The notes below the pieces were generated by a model, which searched no databases, had not been told where the DNA came from, and saw only the letters and a list, made by a program, of their open reading frames with translations. A program made the position numbers and the translations under genes. This document shows, piece by piece, positions 1-8,389 of a stretch of DNA of 11,988 nucleotides (positions are counted from its first letter, which is position 1; every line of letters starts with the position of its first letter). Source of the DNA: Vulcanimicrobiota bacterium (GTDB taxonomy: Bacteria; Vulcanimicrobiota; Vulcanimicrobiia; Vulcanimicrobiales; Vulcanimicrobiaceae); the NCBI GenBank assembly GCA_003133025.1, contig PKZK01000013.1:1-11988 (forward strand), written 5' to 3'.

Positions 1-2
1 CG

Positions 3-1079
3 TATTGCGACTTCGCGAAGTGGCCGCTGCGCCGTTCGCAGGCCGACCGCTATCTCGCGGCGCTCGAAACGGAGATCGCAGCCGTGCCGGACTTTCGCGC
101 GACCACGCTCTTCCTGGGCGGCGGCACGCCGAATACCTACGCGCCCGACCGCATCGCCGCGCTCGTCGGCCTGTTGCGCGCGCGTTTTGCGTTGCCCGCC
201 GGCGCCGAGGTTACGATCGAACTCAACCCCGATCTCGAGTTGTGCGAAGGCTTTGCCGCCTATCGCGCCGCGGGCATCGACCGCGCCTCGTTCGGCGTGC
301 AGTCGTTCGTGCTCGAGGAATTGCGGACGCTGGGCCGGCGGCACACGCCCGGCGACGTGGCCGAAGCGGTGCGTCGCGTGCGGGACGCCGGCTTTGCGAA
401 CGTCTCGCTCGACCTCATCTTCGCGGTTCCGGGACAAACCGTGGCCTCGTGGCGGCAGTCGCTCGATGCGGCCCTCGCGCTCGAGCCTGAACACATCTCG
501 ACGTACGGCTTGACGGTGGAGGAGGGCACGCCCTACGCCCGCTGGTTCGAGCGCGAACCGGGCCGCTTCACCTCGCAGGATATCGAAGCGGAGCTCTACG
601 CTGAGGCGATCGAGCGCCTGACCGGCGCCGGCTACGAGCAGTACGAGATCTCCAACTTCGCCAAGCCCGGGCGACGCTCGGCGCACAACGCGAACTATTG
701 GGCCAACGGGGAGTACCTCGGGCTCGGCGTCGGCGCGGCGTCGTATCTGGGCGGCGTCCGCAGCGTGCGCACCCGCGATCTCTCGGCGTATTGCGACGCG
801 GCCCTGGCAGGCGTGCCCGTGCCGGTCGAAGCCGAGCAACTGACCGGCGATGCCCGTACGGGCGAAGCCGTCATGCTCGCTTTGCGCACCGCCGAGGGGG
901 TAGAGCTCGCCGCGTTTGCGGAACGATACGCGGTCGACTTCGGCGAACGGTACCGAGAGGTGTTGGAGGAAATGCGAACCGCGGGAATGCTGGAAGTGAC
1001 GACGACGCACGTACGCCTGACCGCGCGCGGCCGGTTCGTGGCCAACGACGTCTGCGCCGCATTCGTGGCGCCGGCCTGA
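3..1079 (+). CDS. hemW: Radical SAM heme chaperone HemW (HemN-like), 5'-truncated by the window edge
   Basis: The frame is open from base 3 and reads YCDFAKWP..., the end of the CxxxCxxC motif, so the true start lies upstream of the window and not at 84. Motifs include FLGGGTP, EVTIELNP, RASFGVQSF, DLIFAVPGQT, HISTYGLTVEEGT, YEISNFAKPG, HNANYW and YLGLGVGAAS. Confidence 0.9.
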   Translation, partial: YCDFAKWPLRRSQADRYLAALETEIAAVPDFRATTLFLGGGTPNTYAPDRIAALVGLLRARFALPAGAEVTIELNPDLELCEGFAAYRAAGIDRASFGVQSFVLEELRTLGRRHTPGDVAEAVRRVRDAGFANVSLDLIFAVPGQTVASWRQSLDAALALEPEHISTYGLTVEEGTPYARWFEREPGRFTSQDIEAELYAEAIERLTGAGYEQYEISNFAKPGRRSAHNANYWANGEYLGLGVGAASYLGGVRSVRTRDLSAYCDAALAGVPVPVEAEQLTGDARTGEAVMLALRTAEGVELAAFAERYAVDFGERYREVLEEMRTAGMLEVTTTHVRLTARGRFVANDVCAAFVAPA

Positions 1080-1081
1080 CC

Positions 1082-2164
1082 GTGTCGACCGCTTTTCTGC
1101 GCATCCTCTTCGCGGGCGTCTTCGCGGTGACGGGCTGGCTGCTCGGACGCGAGGCCTACACGCACATGATTTCGCTGCACGTGGCCAATCAACTCTGGTC
1201 GATCGTGCTCACGATCGTGGTGCCCGTCGCGGGCGCTCTGGCCGGCGTCTTTTTGGCGCCGCCCGCCCAAGCGCTCTTCGAGAACGAACTCAATGCCGTC
1301 GAGCGTGCCATGCAGCGCCTCGCACCCGCGGAGGTGATGGGCGGTGCAATCGGTCTGGTCGTCGGGCTGCTGGTGGCGTTCTTGGCCAAGAGCGTGCTCT
1401 TCGAATTCGTGGCCAACGCCGGGCCGCCGGGCGCCTATCTCGCCAACGTCTTCTATCTCTTGCTGAGCATCTTCGCGGCATATCTCGGTGCGCGCATCGG
1501 CGCAAAGCAGCAGTTGCCGGCGCTGCGGCCCGGCGAGGTTGCGAACGTCGAGCCCGCGCCGCCCGCGAAGCTGCTGGATACCTCGGTCATCGTCGACGGG
1601 CGCATCCTCGAGATCGTGCAGAGCGGTTTCCTCGACGGTCCGCTCGTGCTGCCACGCTTCGTGTTGCGCGAACTGCAGTTGATCGCCGATTCGCTCGACG
1701 GCATGAAGCGCGCGCGCGGGCGCCGCGGCCTCGAGGTGCTGGGCAAACTCCAAGACAGCGTGACGCTCGAAATCGACGAGCGCGACTTTCCCGATTCGGG
1801 CGTCGATGCGAAGCTACTCCGGCTCGCGCGGGAACGCGGAGCGAAACTCGTGACCAACGACTACAATCTCAACCGCGTCGCTCAGGTCGAGGGTGTGGTC
1901 GTGCTCAACATCAACGAACTCGCCGGAGCGGTCAAACCCGTCGTGCTGCCCGGTGAAGAACTGCACGTGAGCATCGTGCGCGACGGCAAGGAGCCGCATC
2001 AGGGCGTCGGCTACCTCGAGGACGGCACGATGATCGTGGTCGAAAACGGCCGCCGGCTGATCGGCGAAGACGCCGACGTCCAGGTTACGAGCGTCTTGCA
2101 GACCGTGGCAGGGCGGATGATTTTCGCCAAGGTCAAACGTTCTAGTCCAGTGCAGAATGGTTGA
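1082..2164 (+). CDS. yacL: Membrane-anchored PIN/TRAM domain protein (YacL family)
   Basis: GTG at 1082, 2 nt after the hemW stop. About four hydrophobic segments precede the PIN motifs LLDTSVIVDGRI, RGRRGLEVL, VDAKLL and VTNDYNLNRVA and the TRAM-like GVGYLEDGTMIVVE...VLQTVAGRMIFAK. The 698 start in the ORF track overlaps hemW. Confidence 0.9.
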   Translation: MSTAFLRILFAGVFAVTGWLLGREAYTHMISLHVANQLWSIVLTIVVPVAGALAGVFLAPPAQALFENELNAVERAMQRLAPAEVMGGAIGLVVGLLVAFLAKSVLFEFVANAGPPGAYLANVFYLLLSIFAAYLGARIGAKQQLPALRPGEVANVEPAPPAKLLDTSVIVDGRILEIVQSGFLDGPLVLPRFVLRELQLIADSLDGMKRARGRRGLEVLGKLQDSVTLEIDERDFPDSGVDAKLLRLARERGAKLVTNDYNLNRVAQVEGVVVLNINELAGAVKPVVLPGEELHVSIVRDGKEPHQGVGYLEDGTMIVVENGRRLIGEDADVQVTSVLQTVAGRMIFAKVKRSSPVQNG

Positions 2165-2181
2165 CTCGTTGGGGGGATACT

Positions 2182-2886
2182 TTGGCGCCAAAGTTTTGCG
2201 CCGTCGTAGTCGCCGCCGGTCGCGGCGTGAGATTCGGCAGGCCCAAACAGATGATCGACATCGCCGGCCATCCGCTGGTCAGTTGGTCGTTTGCGGTGTT
2301 CGGCGGAATGCCGGAGTTGGACGCGCTGGTGATCGCGACGGAAGAAGAGACGGTCGAGGCCATGCGCGGCTTGGCTTCGGCCTACGCGCCGCGCCTCGAA
2401 ACGAAGGTCGTGCGCGGCGGCTCCACGCGCCAGCAGAGCGTTCGTAACGCGCTGGCCGCGGTACCCGACCGCTGCACGGCGGTGTTCGTGCACGACGGCG
2501 CGCGGCCGCTCGTGAGCGAGATCGACGTGCGCGCGGGCATGGCCGCCGTGCGTCCGGGAATCGGCGCGGTGCTGGCCTCGCCGGTGGTCGATACGATCAA
2601 GGTCGTGGCAACGGGCACGCGGAGCGTGGCCAAAACCTTGGACCGTTCGGAACTCTGGGCCGCGCAGACGCCGCAGTTCGCCATGCTCGCCGACCTGATC
2701 GAAGCGCACGAGGCGGCAGCGCGCGACGGCGTCGATGCGACCGACGATGTGGCGTTGCTCGAGCGTCTCGGCTTGGAAGTGGTCGTCGTACCCGCCCGCA
2801 GCGAGAATTTCAAGGTGACCCACCCCGGCGACCTGAGCGTGGTCGAGGCGATCATGCGCGAACGCATCGCCCGCTTGGATTCATGA
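2182..2886 (+). CDS. ispD: 2-C-methyl-D-erythritol 4-phosphate cytidylyltransferase
   Basis: Motifs [46 protein letters not shown] and [13 protein letters not shown] at 2182 follows a GGGGGA SD-like run; 2161 is an alternative start. Confidence 0.93.
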   Translation: MAPKFCAVVVAAGRGVRFGRPKQMIDIAGHPLVSWSFAVFGGMPELDALVIATEEETVEAMRGLASAYAPRLETKVVRGGSTRQQSVRNALAAVPDRCTAVFVHDGARPLVSEIDVRAGMAAVRPGIGAVLASPVVDTIKVVATGTRSVAKTLDRSELWAAQTPQFAMLADLIEAHEAAARDGVDATDDVALLERLGLEVVVVPARSENFKVTHPGDLSVVEAIMRERIARLDS

Positions 2887-3362
2887 GCCTGCGGGTCGGG
2901 CACGGTTTCGACGCGCACCGGCTGGTCGAGGGCCGGCCCTTCGTGCTCGGCGGCGTCACGATACCCTTCGAACGCGGCCCGCTCGGCCATTCCGATGCCG
3001 ACGTGCTGGCGCACGCGATTTCGGACGCGATCCTCGGCGCCTGTGCGCTCGGGGATCTGGGCCGGCACTTTCCCGATACCGACCCGCGCTGGAAGGGCGC
3101 CGACTCGCTGGTGCTGCTCGCGCACTGCATCGGCTTGGCCCGGGAGGCGGGATACGCCGTGCTCAACATCGACGCGACGGTGGTCGTCCAGGCTCCCAAG
3201 CTCGCGCCGCACATCGAGGCGATCCGGGCGAAGCTTGCCCAAACGCTCGGGATCGAAGCGGACGCGGTCGGCGTGAAAGCCAAGACTAGCGAAGGGATGG
3301 GCTATACGGGCGATGGAACGGGCATCGCCGCCTATGCGGTCGCCGCGCTCGAACGTCCCTGA
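2883..3362 (+). CDS. ispF: 2-C-methyl-D-erythritol 2,4-cyclodiphosphate synthase
   Basis: Motifs [41 protein letters not shown] and [14 protein letters not shown] overlap with ispD. Confidence 0.96.
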   Translation: MSLRVGHGFDAHRLVEGRPFVLGGVTIPFERGPLGHSDADVLAHAISDAILGACALGDLGRHFPDTDPRWKGADSLVLLAHCIGLAREAGYAVLNIDATVVVQAPKLAPHIEAIRAKLAQTLGIEADAVGVKAKTSEGMGYTGDGTGIAAYAVAALERP

Positions 3363-3373
3363 CCTCCGGCTCA

Positions 3374-3982
3374 ATGCATGAATCCGATACCTCGCCGACT
3401 CGCTTCCACGCGCCCGCCGCCGGCGCAACGCCCGAGCGCGCCCTCGAGGACGTCCGGTTGGCGATGCAGCGCGCCGGGTTGCTCGAAGATCCGGCGCCGC
3501 CCGCCGCCCTGCGCTGGATCGAAACGTTCTTGGAGGCCTTCGGCGACCGCCTGAGCGCGCCGGCCGACGCGGTGCCCATCGTGCGCGCTCTCCGCGCCGA
3601 GGCCGCGGTGGTGCCCGCATTGGAACTAGAACGGCTGCGCAACCGCCAGGTGCTGTTCTTCCTCGATACGATCGGACAGTACGTCGATGCGCAGCCCGAA
3701 CTCCGCGGGCTTCCGCTCGAGCACGACCTGCGCGAGATCGCCGCCGAGTTCGGCATCGAGCCCGCCGCCGCGGCGGCGGCGCTACGCATGGCGCTCACCG
3801 GCGAGGCCGATGGGCCGCCGCTCGAATTACTCTTCCCGCTGCTGGGCCACGACCGGATCATGTTGCGCATCGGCGCGATCAGCTCTCATCTGCTCCACGG
3901 TCGAGGCCTCGAGCCGATCCGTTACGGTCCCGACGGCAAGCCCTTCGAAACCCTCGCGGGAAAGAAGCCCGAACGACCATGA
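3374..3982 (+). CDS. Stand-alone protein resembling the C-terminal anticodon-binding domain of glutamyl-tRNA synthetase (no catalytic domain)
   Basis: LREIAAEFGI...LRMALTGEADGPPLELLFPLLGHDRIMLRI matches the GluRS C-terminal LRxALTG...GPxL...LLG...RL pattern. No HIGH or KMSKS motif. It occupies the ispF-gltX-cysE slot and overlaps cysE by ATGA. Confidence 0.75.
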   Translation: MHESDTSPTRFHAPAAGATPERALEDVRLAMQRAGLLEDPAPPAALRWIETFLEAFGDRLSAPADAVPIVRALRAEAAVVPALELERLRNRQVLFFLDTIGQYVDAQPELRGLPLEHDLREIAAEFGIEPAAAAAALRMALTGEADGPPLELLFPLLGHDRIMLRIGAISSHLLHGRGLEPIRYGPDGKPFETLAGKKPERP

Positions 3983-4677
3983 GTGCAGGCCGTGCGGGCG
4001 GGCCGACGATTTGGAAGATGCTGGCGGCCGATATCCGCGTGCCGGTCGAACGCGACCCCGCGGCCCGCGGCGTGGTCGACGTGCTGCTCTCGTACCCGGG
4101 CGTGCACGCGCTCATCGCGCACCGCTTCATCCACCTGCTGCACGGCACGCATCTGCCCTTGCTGCCGCGCCTGCTCTCGACGTGGGTCCGCTTTCTGACC
4201 GGCGTGGAAATCCATCCCGGCGCGCAACTGGGCGCAGGCTTCTTCATCGATCACGGCATGGGGGTGGTGATCGGTGAAACCGTCGAAGCGGGTCGCAACG
4301 TGACGATCTATCAGGGCGTCACGCTCGGTGGCACGAGCCTGCAACGCGGCAAACGGCATCCGACGCTCGGCGACAACGTGACCGTCGGCGTGGGCGCAGC
4401 GGTGCTCGGCGCGATCACGCTCGGCGACAACGTCAAGGTCGGCGCGGGCTCCGTCGTAGTCAAGGACGTTCCGGCGAACTCGACGGTCGTCGGCATTCCC
4501 GCGCGCGTCGTGTTGCAAGACGGACATCCCGTGCGCGCGGGCGCGCCGCCCCACGTCGACATGCCCGACCCCAACGCCGACGCGTTGCGCCGGCTGCGCG
4601 ACCGTCTGGACTCGCTCGAGGCGCGTTTGGCCGAACTGAGCCGTAGCCCGCAATCGTGGGACGATGTCGCGATCTGA
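3979..4677 (+). CDS. cysE: Serine O-acetyltransferase (short type)
   Basis: Motifs ERDPAAR, YPGVHAL, TGVEIHPGA, FFIDHGMGVVIGET, YQGVTLGGT, KRHPTLG and VGAGSVVVKDVP (hexapeptide repeats). Confidence 0.95.
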   Translation: MSAGRAGGPTIWKMLAADIRVPVERDPAARGVVDVLLSYPGVHALIAHRFIHLLHGTHLPLLPRLLSTWVRFLTGVEIHPGAQLGAGFFIDHGMGVVIGETVEAGRNVTIYQGVTLGGTSLQRGKRHPTLGDNVTVGVGAAVLGAITLGDNVKVGAGSVVVKDVPANSTVVGIPARVVLQDGHPVRAGAPPHVDMPDPNADALRRLRDRLDSLEARLAELSRSPQSWDDVAI

Positions 4678-6217
4678 GCGGCCGGGCGCATTGCGCCTCT
4701 TCAACACCCGCACCCGTTCGGTCGAACCGTTCGCGCCGCTCCGCGACGGCCGGGTGCGCATCTACGTCTGCGGCTTGACGCCCTCGGCCGAAGCGCACAT
4801 CGGGCACGCGCGCTCGTTCCTGTTCTTCGACGTGCTGCGCCGGTATCTGGTGCATTTGGGCTATCGCGTCGACCTCGTGCGCAACGTGACCGACATCGAC
4901 GATCGCAGCATCGAGGCCGCCCGGCAGAGCGGCGGCGACTGGCGCGAGATCGTCGGCGGATATTACGCTTCGTTTCAGCGTTCGATGCGTCGGCTGCACG
5001 TGCTCGATCCCGATCACGAGCCGCACGCCACGGCGTACGTGCCCCAGATCCTCGAGATGATCGAGGAACTCGTCGCGACGGGCCACGCCTACGTGGTGGA
5101 GGACGGCGTCTATTTTCGGGTGCGCTCGTTCCCGCGCTACGGTGCGCTCTCCGGCCGCAACCTGGACGAACTGCTCATCGGTGCGCGCATCGCGCCCGGT
5201 GAAGGCAAGGACGATCCGCTGGATTTCGCGCTGTGGAAGTTCGTGAAGCCGGGCGAACCGTCGTGGCCGTCGCCCTGGGGACCGGGACGGCCCGGTTGGC
5301 ACATCGAGTGCTCGGCAATGGCCCGCGAGCTGCTCGGGGAGCCGTTCGACATCCACGGCGGCGGCTACGATCTGATCTTCCCGCATCACGAGAACGAGAT
5401 CGCGCAGAGCGAGTCGCTCTTGCCCGCGCCGCCGATGGCCAACGTGTGGATGCACGGCGGCCTGCTGCTCTTCGACGGGCGCAAGATGTCGAAGTCGCTG
5501 GGCAACTTCGAGCCGCTCTCCGCGCTGCTCGATCGTCACGAGCCGCAAGCGATCCGGCTCCTTTTCTTGCAGACCGGCTACCGCAAGCCGATGAACTTCA
5601 CCGAAGACTCGATCGACGGCGCGACGACGGCACTGCGCCGGTTGCTCGCGGCCTACGACGCATTCCGCGCGGTGCCCGCAGGAGAGGCCGAGGGCGATCC
5701 GCAGGGACTGATCGACGAGTTCGCCCCGCGCTTCTTCGCGGCGCTCGACGACGACGTTAACACCTCGGGCGCGATGTCGGTGCTCTTCGAACTCGCCGCC
5801 GCGCAAAACCGCGTGATCGCGGGCGGAGCCGCATCGGCGGCGGCAGCCTTCATGCATCAAGCGATGGATCTGCTCGGCATCTCGCCCGTGCAGCGCAGCG
5901 CGCCCATCGAGGCGGCGGCGACCGTCAGCAGTTCCTTCCAGGTCGGCGGCGCCGACTACGTGGTCGAGGCGCCGCAAGACGTCGACGCGGTGCTCTCCGA
6001 CGCCGCCTTCGCGCGCTTGCGCGAGGCGCTCGACGGCGCGGTCGAACTCGACGGCGAGCCGAAGGCGCAGGCTGTGGAGTTGGTGATCGTAGCCCGCGCG
6101 CAGGCCAAGTCGGCGAAGGATTTCGCGCGCGCCGACCGGCTGCGCGACGCATTGAAGGCCGCGGGCATCGCCGTGACCGACCTCAAGAACGGAGCATCGT
6201 GGACCGTCGCAGGCTAG
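4664..6217 (+). CDS. cysS: Cysteine--tRNA ligase
   Basis: Motifs YVCG...[69 protein letters not shown] and ALDDDVNT, plus the C-terminal [13 protein letters not shown]. Confidence 0.96.
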   Translation: MSRSERPGALRLFNTRTRSVEPFAPLRDGRVRIYVCGLTPSAEAHIGHARSFLFFDVLRRYLVHLGYRVDLVRNVTDIDDRSIEAARQSGGDWREIVGGYYASFQRSMRRLHVLDPDHEPHATAYVPQILEMIEELVATGHAYVVEDGVYFRVRSFPRYGALSGRNLDELLIGARIAPGEGKDDPLDFALWKFVKPGEPSWPSPWGPGRPGWHIECSAMARELLGEPFDIHGGGYDLIFPHHENEIAQSESLLPAPPMANVWMHGGLLLFDGRKMSKSLGNFEPLSALLDRHEPQAIRLLFLQTGYRKPMNFTEDSIDGATTALRRLLAAYDAFRAVPAGEAEGDPQGLIDEFAPRFFAALDDDVNTSGAMSVLFELAAAQNRVIAGGAASAAAAFMHQAMDLLGISPVQRSAPIEAAATVSSSFQVGGADYVVEAPQDVDAVLSDAAFARLREALDGAVELDGEPKAQAVELVIVARAQAKSAKDFARADRLRDALKAAGIAVTDLKNGASWTVAG

Positions 6218-6993
6218 GCTCGAGACGTCCTCCGCACCGCAAAGAGTCGCTCGACCTCGACGACATCGTTTACGGCGTCCACGCGGTCGAGGAAGCTCTG
6301 GCCGGAAAAGAAGAACTCAAGCGCATCCACGTCGGCGACGAACGCAAACGCGATCCGGCCTTGCGCAAGCTACTCGACGGCGCGCGCGAAGCGGCCGTGC
6401 CCGTGCGCTTCGAGAACCGGTCGTTCTTCGCGCAGTTCCCGTATCGCGCGCATCAGAGCGTCGTGGCCTTCGGCACGCCCTTCGACTACGTCACCTTGGA
6501 AGAAACGCTGAATCTGAAGGCGCCCGGCGGACGCCTCTACGTCGTGCTCGACCACATCACCGATCCGCACAACGCCGGCGCGATTCTCCGTTCCGCCGAG
6601 TGTGCGGGCGCGACCGCGGCGATCATGCCCGAGCGTCGCGCCGCCGGCGTGAACGCGACCGTGCGCAAGTCGGCGGCGGGCGCCACCGCGTATCTGCCGG
6701 TGGCCCGCGTCGCCAACGTGGCCGGCGCGCTGCGCGTGATGAAGAAGGCGGGCGTCTGGATTGCCGGCTCGGCGCTCTCGGACGAAGCCCAGGATTACTC
6801 CGCCGCCGACTTTCGGCGCGACGTGGCGATCGTGATCGGCGCCGAAGGTACCGGCATCTCGCAGGTCGTGCGCAAGGAGTGCGACTATCTCGTGCGCATC
6901 CCGCACTTCGGCAAGATCGAGTCGCTCAACGCGTCGGTCGCCGCAGGGATTTTGCTCTTCGAAGCCCGCCGCCAGCGCGCGACGGCCGGCTAG
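6199..6993 (+). CDS. rlmB: 23S rRNA (G2251) 2'-O-methyltransferase, TrmH/SpoU family
   Basis: Motifs VYGVHAVEEAL, LDHITDPHNAGAILRSA, KSAAGA, IGAEGTGIS and IPHFGKIESLNASVAAGILLFE. GTG start follows GGAG (6191-6194); the exact start is uncertain. Confidence 0.9.
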   Translation: MDRRRLGSRRPPHRKESLDLDDIVYGVHAVEEALAGKEELKRIHVGDERKRDPALRKLLDGAREAAVPVRFENRSFFAQFPYRAHQSVVAFGTPFDYVTLEETLNLKAPGGRLYVVLDHITDPHNAGAILRSAECAGATAAIMPERRAAGVNATVRKSAAGATAYLPVARVANVAGALRVMKKAGVWIAGSALSDEAQDYSAADFRRDVAIVIGAEGTGISQVVRKECDYLVRIPHFGKIESLNASVAAGILLFEARRQRATAG

Positions 6994-7003
6994 ATCTTTC
7001 GAA

Positions 7004-7945
7004 CTAGCCCTTCAACGGCGTTCGGCTGCGCCGGTACTGCGGCACGGTCGAGGCCTTGACGAATTCGACGAAGCGTTTGGCGAGCGGCGAGAGCGCGCGT
7101 TCTTTGAGCGTGACGAGCGAAAACTGGCGCCGCAGGTCGACGTTGCGGATGTCCACGACGTGCAGGCGGCCCTCGCGCACGCCGCGTTCGACGACGAGCC
7201 AGGATAGGAAGGCGATGCCCAAGCCCGCTTCGACCGCTCGCGCCACGCCCTCGAGGCTCGGCACGGTCAGGTGCGTGGCCAACTCGACGCCGTGAGCGGC
7301 CAATTCGCGATCGGCCACGATGCGCGTCGCCGAACTCGCTTCACGTGCGACGAGGCGTTCGTCGGCGAGATCCTCGACGCGGATCGAGCGCCGTTGTGAG
7401 AAGCGGTGGCCTTCGGCCGGAACGACGAGCACCAGGTGGTCTTCGCCGAAAGGGATCGTTTCGAAGGCTTCGTCTTCGTCGGAGATCGTGCCGACCGCGA
7501 GCGCGACGTTGATGCGGCGCGACTTGAGGTAGCGCCCGAGGCGCGCGGCGTTGGCGAAATGAACGCTGATCTTCGCGTCGGGATGCGCCGCTTCGAATCG
7601 CGCGAGCAGCGGAGCCAGTGCGTAGCTGCCGATCGTCAAGGTCGCGCCGATATCGAGACTGCCCGCACGCGCCGAGATGAATTCGCTCATCTCGCGTTCG
7701 AGCGCCGCGACGTCGTCGAGCACCGCGCGCGAACGATCGGCGAGAAAACGTCCGGCATCGGTGAGGATCGGCCGGCGCTTCACGACTTCGATCAACGGCA
7801 ACCCGAAGTGGTCCGACAAAGAACGCACCTGAAGCGCGACGGCCGGTGGAGTCAAGCCGAACTCCTCGGCCGTTCTTGCAAACGTCCCGAGCTCGGAGAG
7901 CCGCACGAACGTGTGCAGTTGCGCGAGGGTCAACGACGCCGCCAT
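7004..7945 (-). CDS. LysR-family transcriptional regulator (CysL/CbbR-like substrate-binding domain)
   Basis: N-terminal HTH TLAQLHTFVRLSELGTFARTAEEFGLTPPAVALQVRSL, followed by LTDAGR, IGATLTIGSYAL, REASSATR (REPGSGTR-like), VEAGLGIAFLS and LSPLAKRFVEF. Confidence 0.9.
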   Translation of the reverse strand: MAASLTLAQLHTFVRLSELGTFARTAEEFGLTPPAVALQVRSLSDHFGLPLIEVVKRRPILTDAGRFLADRSRAVLDDVAALEREMSEFISARAGSLDIGATLTIGSYALAPLLARFEAAHPDAKISVHFANAARLGRYLKSRRINVALAVGTISDEDEAFETIPFGEDHLVLVVPAEGHRFSQRRSIRVEDLADERLVAREASSATRIVADRELAAHGVELATHLTVPSLEGVARAVEAGLGIAFLSWLVVERGVREGRLHVVDIRNVDLRRQFSLVTLKERALSPLAKRFVEFVKASTVPQYRRSRTPLKG

Positions 7946-7990
7946 CTAGCTCACCGCGTTCGTGGATTCGCCGATGTAACCATGCCTTGG

Positions 7991-8015
7991 AAAACTTGAC
8001 ATGAAGCAAAGTTTT
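7991..8015. promoter_or_regulatory. Inverted repeat AAAACTT-N11-AAGTTTT, candidate LysR operator (T-N11-A)
   Basis: Perfect 7-bp arms at 7991-7997 and 8009-8015 with an 11-nt spacer. It lies 45-70 nt upstream of the LysR start and overlaps the -35 of the divergent promoter. Confidence 0.55.
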
Positions 8016-8023
8016 GGTATACT
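7996..8023 (+). promoter_or_regulatory. Sigma70/SigA-type promoter of the candidate ncRNA
   Basis: TTGACA (7996-8001), 16-nt spacer ending in TGn, TATACT (8018-8023). Near consensus with an extended -10; predicted start about 8030. Confidence 0.8.
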
Positions 8024-8029
8024 CATCTC

Positions 8030-8268
8030 ATCCTCGGTGTGTCAAGCTGCTTACACGTAAAGCCACGGTGCGTAGGGGCGCCGTTGGAGGATCGTTCCGA
8101 GCCGGATCTACAGCCGGAGCCCGGCTCGGGTCGAAACGGCCGGTGGAGGACCCCATGCAGGCGTGCTCGTTTCCGCACGGCGGGCACCCCGAAATAGGAC
8201 ATCCTCCGCCGGCTCGTTGGTTTTTCCTAAGACAGGCCGGGGGGCGGGGACTCCCCCCGGCCTCTTTT
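8030..8268 (+). ncRNA. Candidate structured non-coding RNA (~235 nt), family not recognised
   Basis: Bounded by a consensus promoter and an intrinsic terminator, with no credible self-contained ORF. Visible helices: 8097-8105/8121-8129, 8163-8171/8179-8187, 8069-8078/8151-8159 and 8086-8092/8201-8207. Confidence 0.6.
8234..8268 (+). terminator. Rho-independent terminator
   Basis: 11-bp stem AGGCCGGGGGG (8234-8244) / CCCCCCGGCCT (8253-8263), 8-nt loop, followed by CTTTTAT. Confidence 0.8.
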
Positions 8269-8283
8269 ATCAGCCCTTTCACC

Positions 8284-8312
8284 TTGACGCTCTTGCAGGA
8301 CCCTCCTATACT
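8284..8312 (+). promoter_or_regulatory. Sigma70/SigA-type promoter of sigH
   Basis: TTGACG (8284-8289), 17-nt spacer, TATACT (8307-8312). GGAG at 8375-8378 precedes the ATG at 8390. Confidence 0.8.
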
Positions 8313-8389
8313 AGTCGGGATGCGAACGGCTCGACGGGCTCCGGCCCGCGATTTCGCTCGCCTCGGGACCTATTGGAGAAACGACGAGT

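Noticed and set aside
698..1081. N-terminal extension of the PIN/TRAM ORF
   Set aside because: It overlaps hemW in another frame and is an Arg-rich shadow translation.
4460..5977. Long antisense ORFs (4460..5977, and likewise 695..1753, 2382..3620, 8306..9076, 9989..11407)
   Set aside because: They are shadow frames opposite well-supported genes, which is expected in high-GC DNA, and have no recognisable motifs.
8030..8268. Identification of the RNA as SRP RNA, RNase P RNA, tmRNA, T-box, 6S or raiA motif
   Set aside because: No SRP GGAA/GCAG domain IV, no GAGGAAAGUCC, no tRNA-like ends, and no T-box GGUGG-ACC. The 5' and 3' ends do not form a clear 6S closing stem. Short words (CACGTAA, CACGGTGCG, GCAGGCG) recall the raiA motif from memory but are too few to call.
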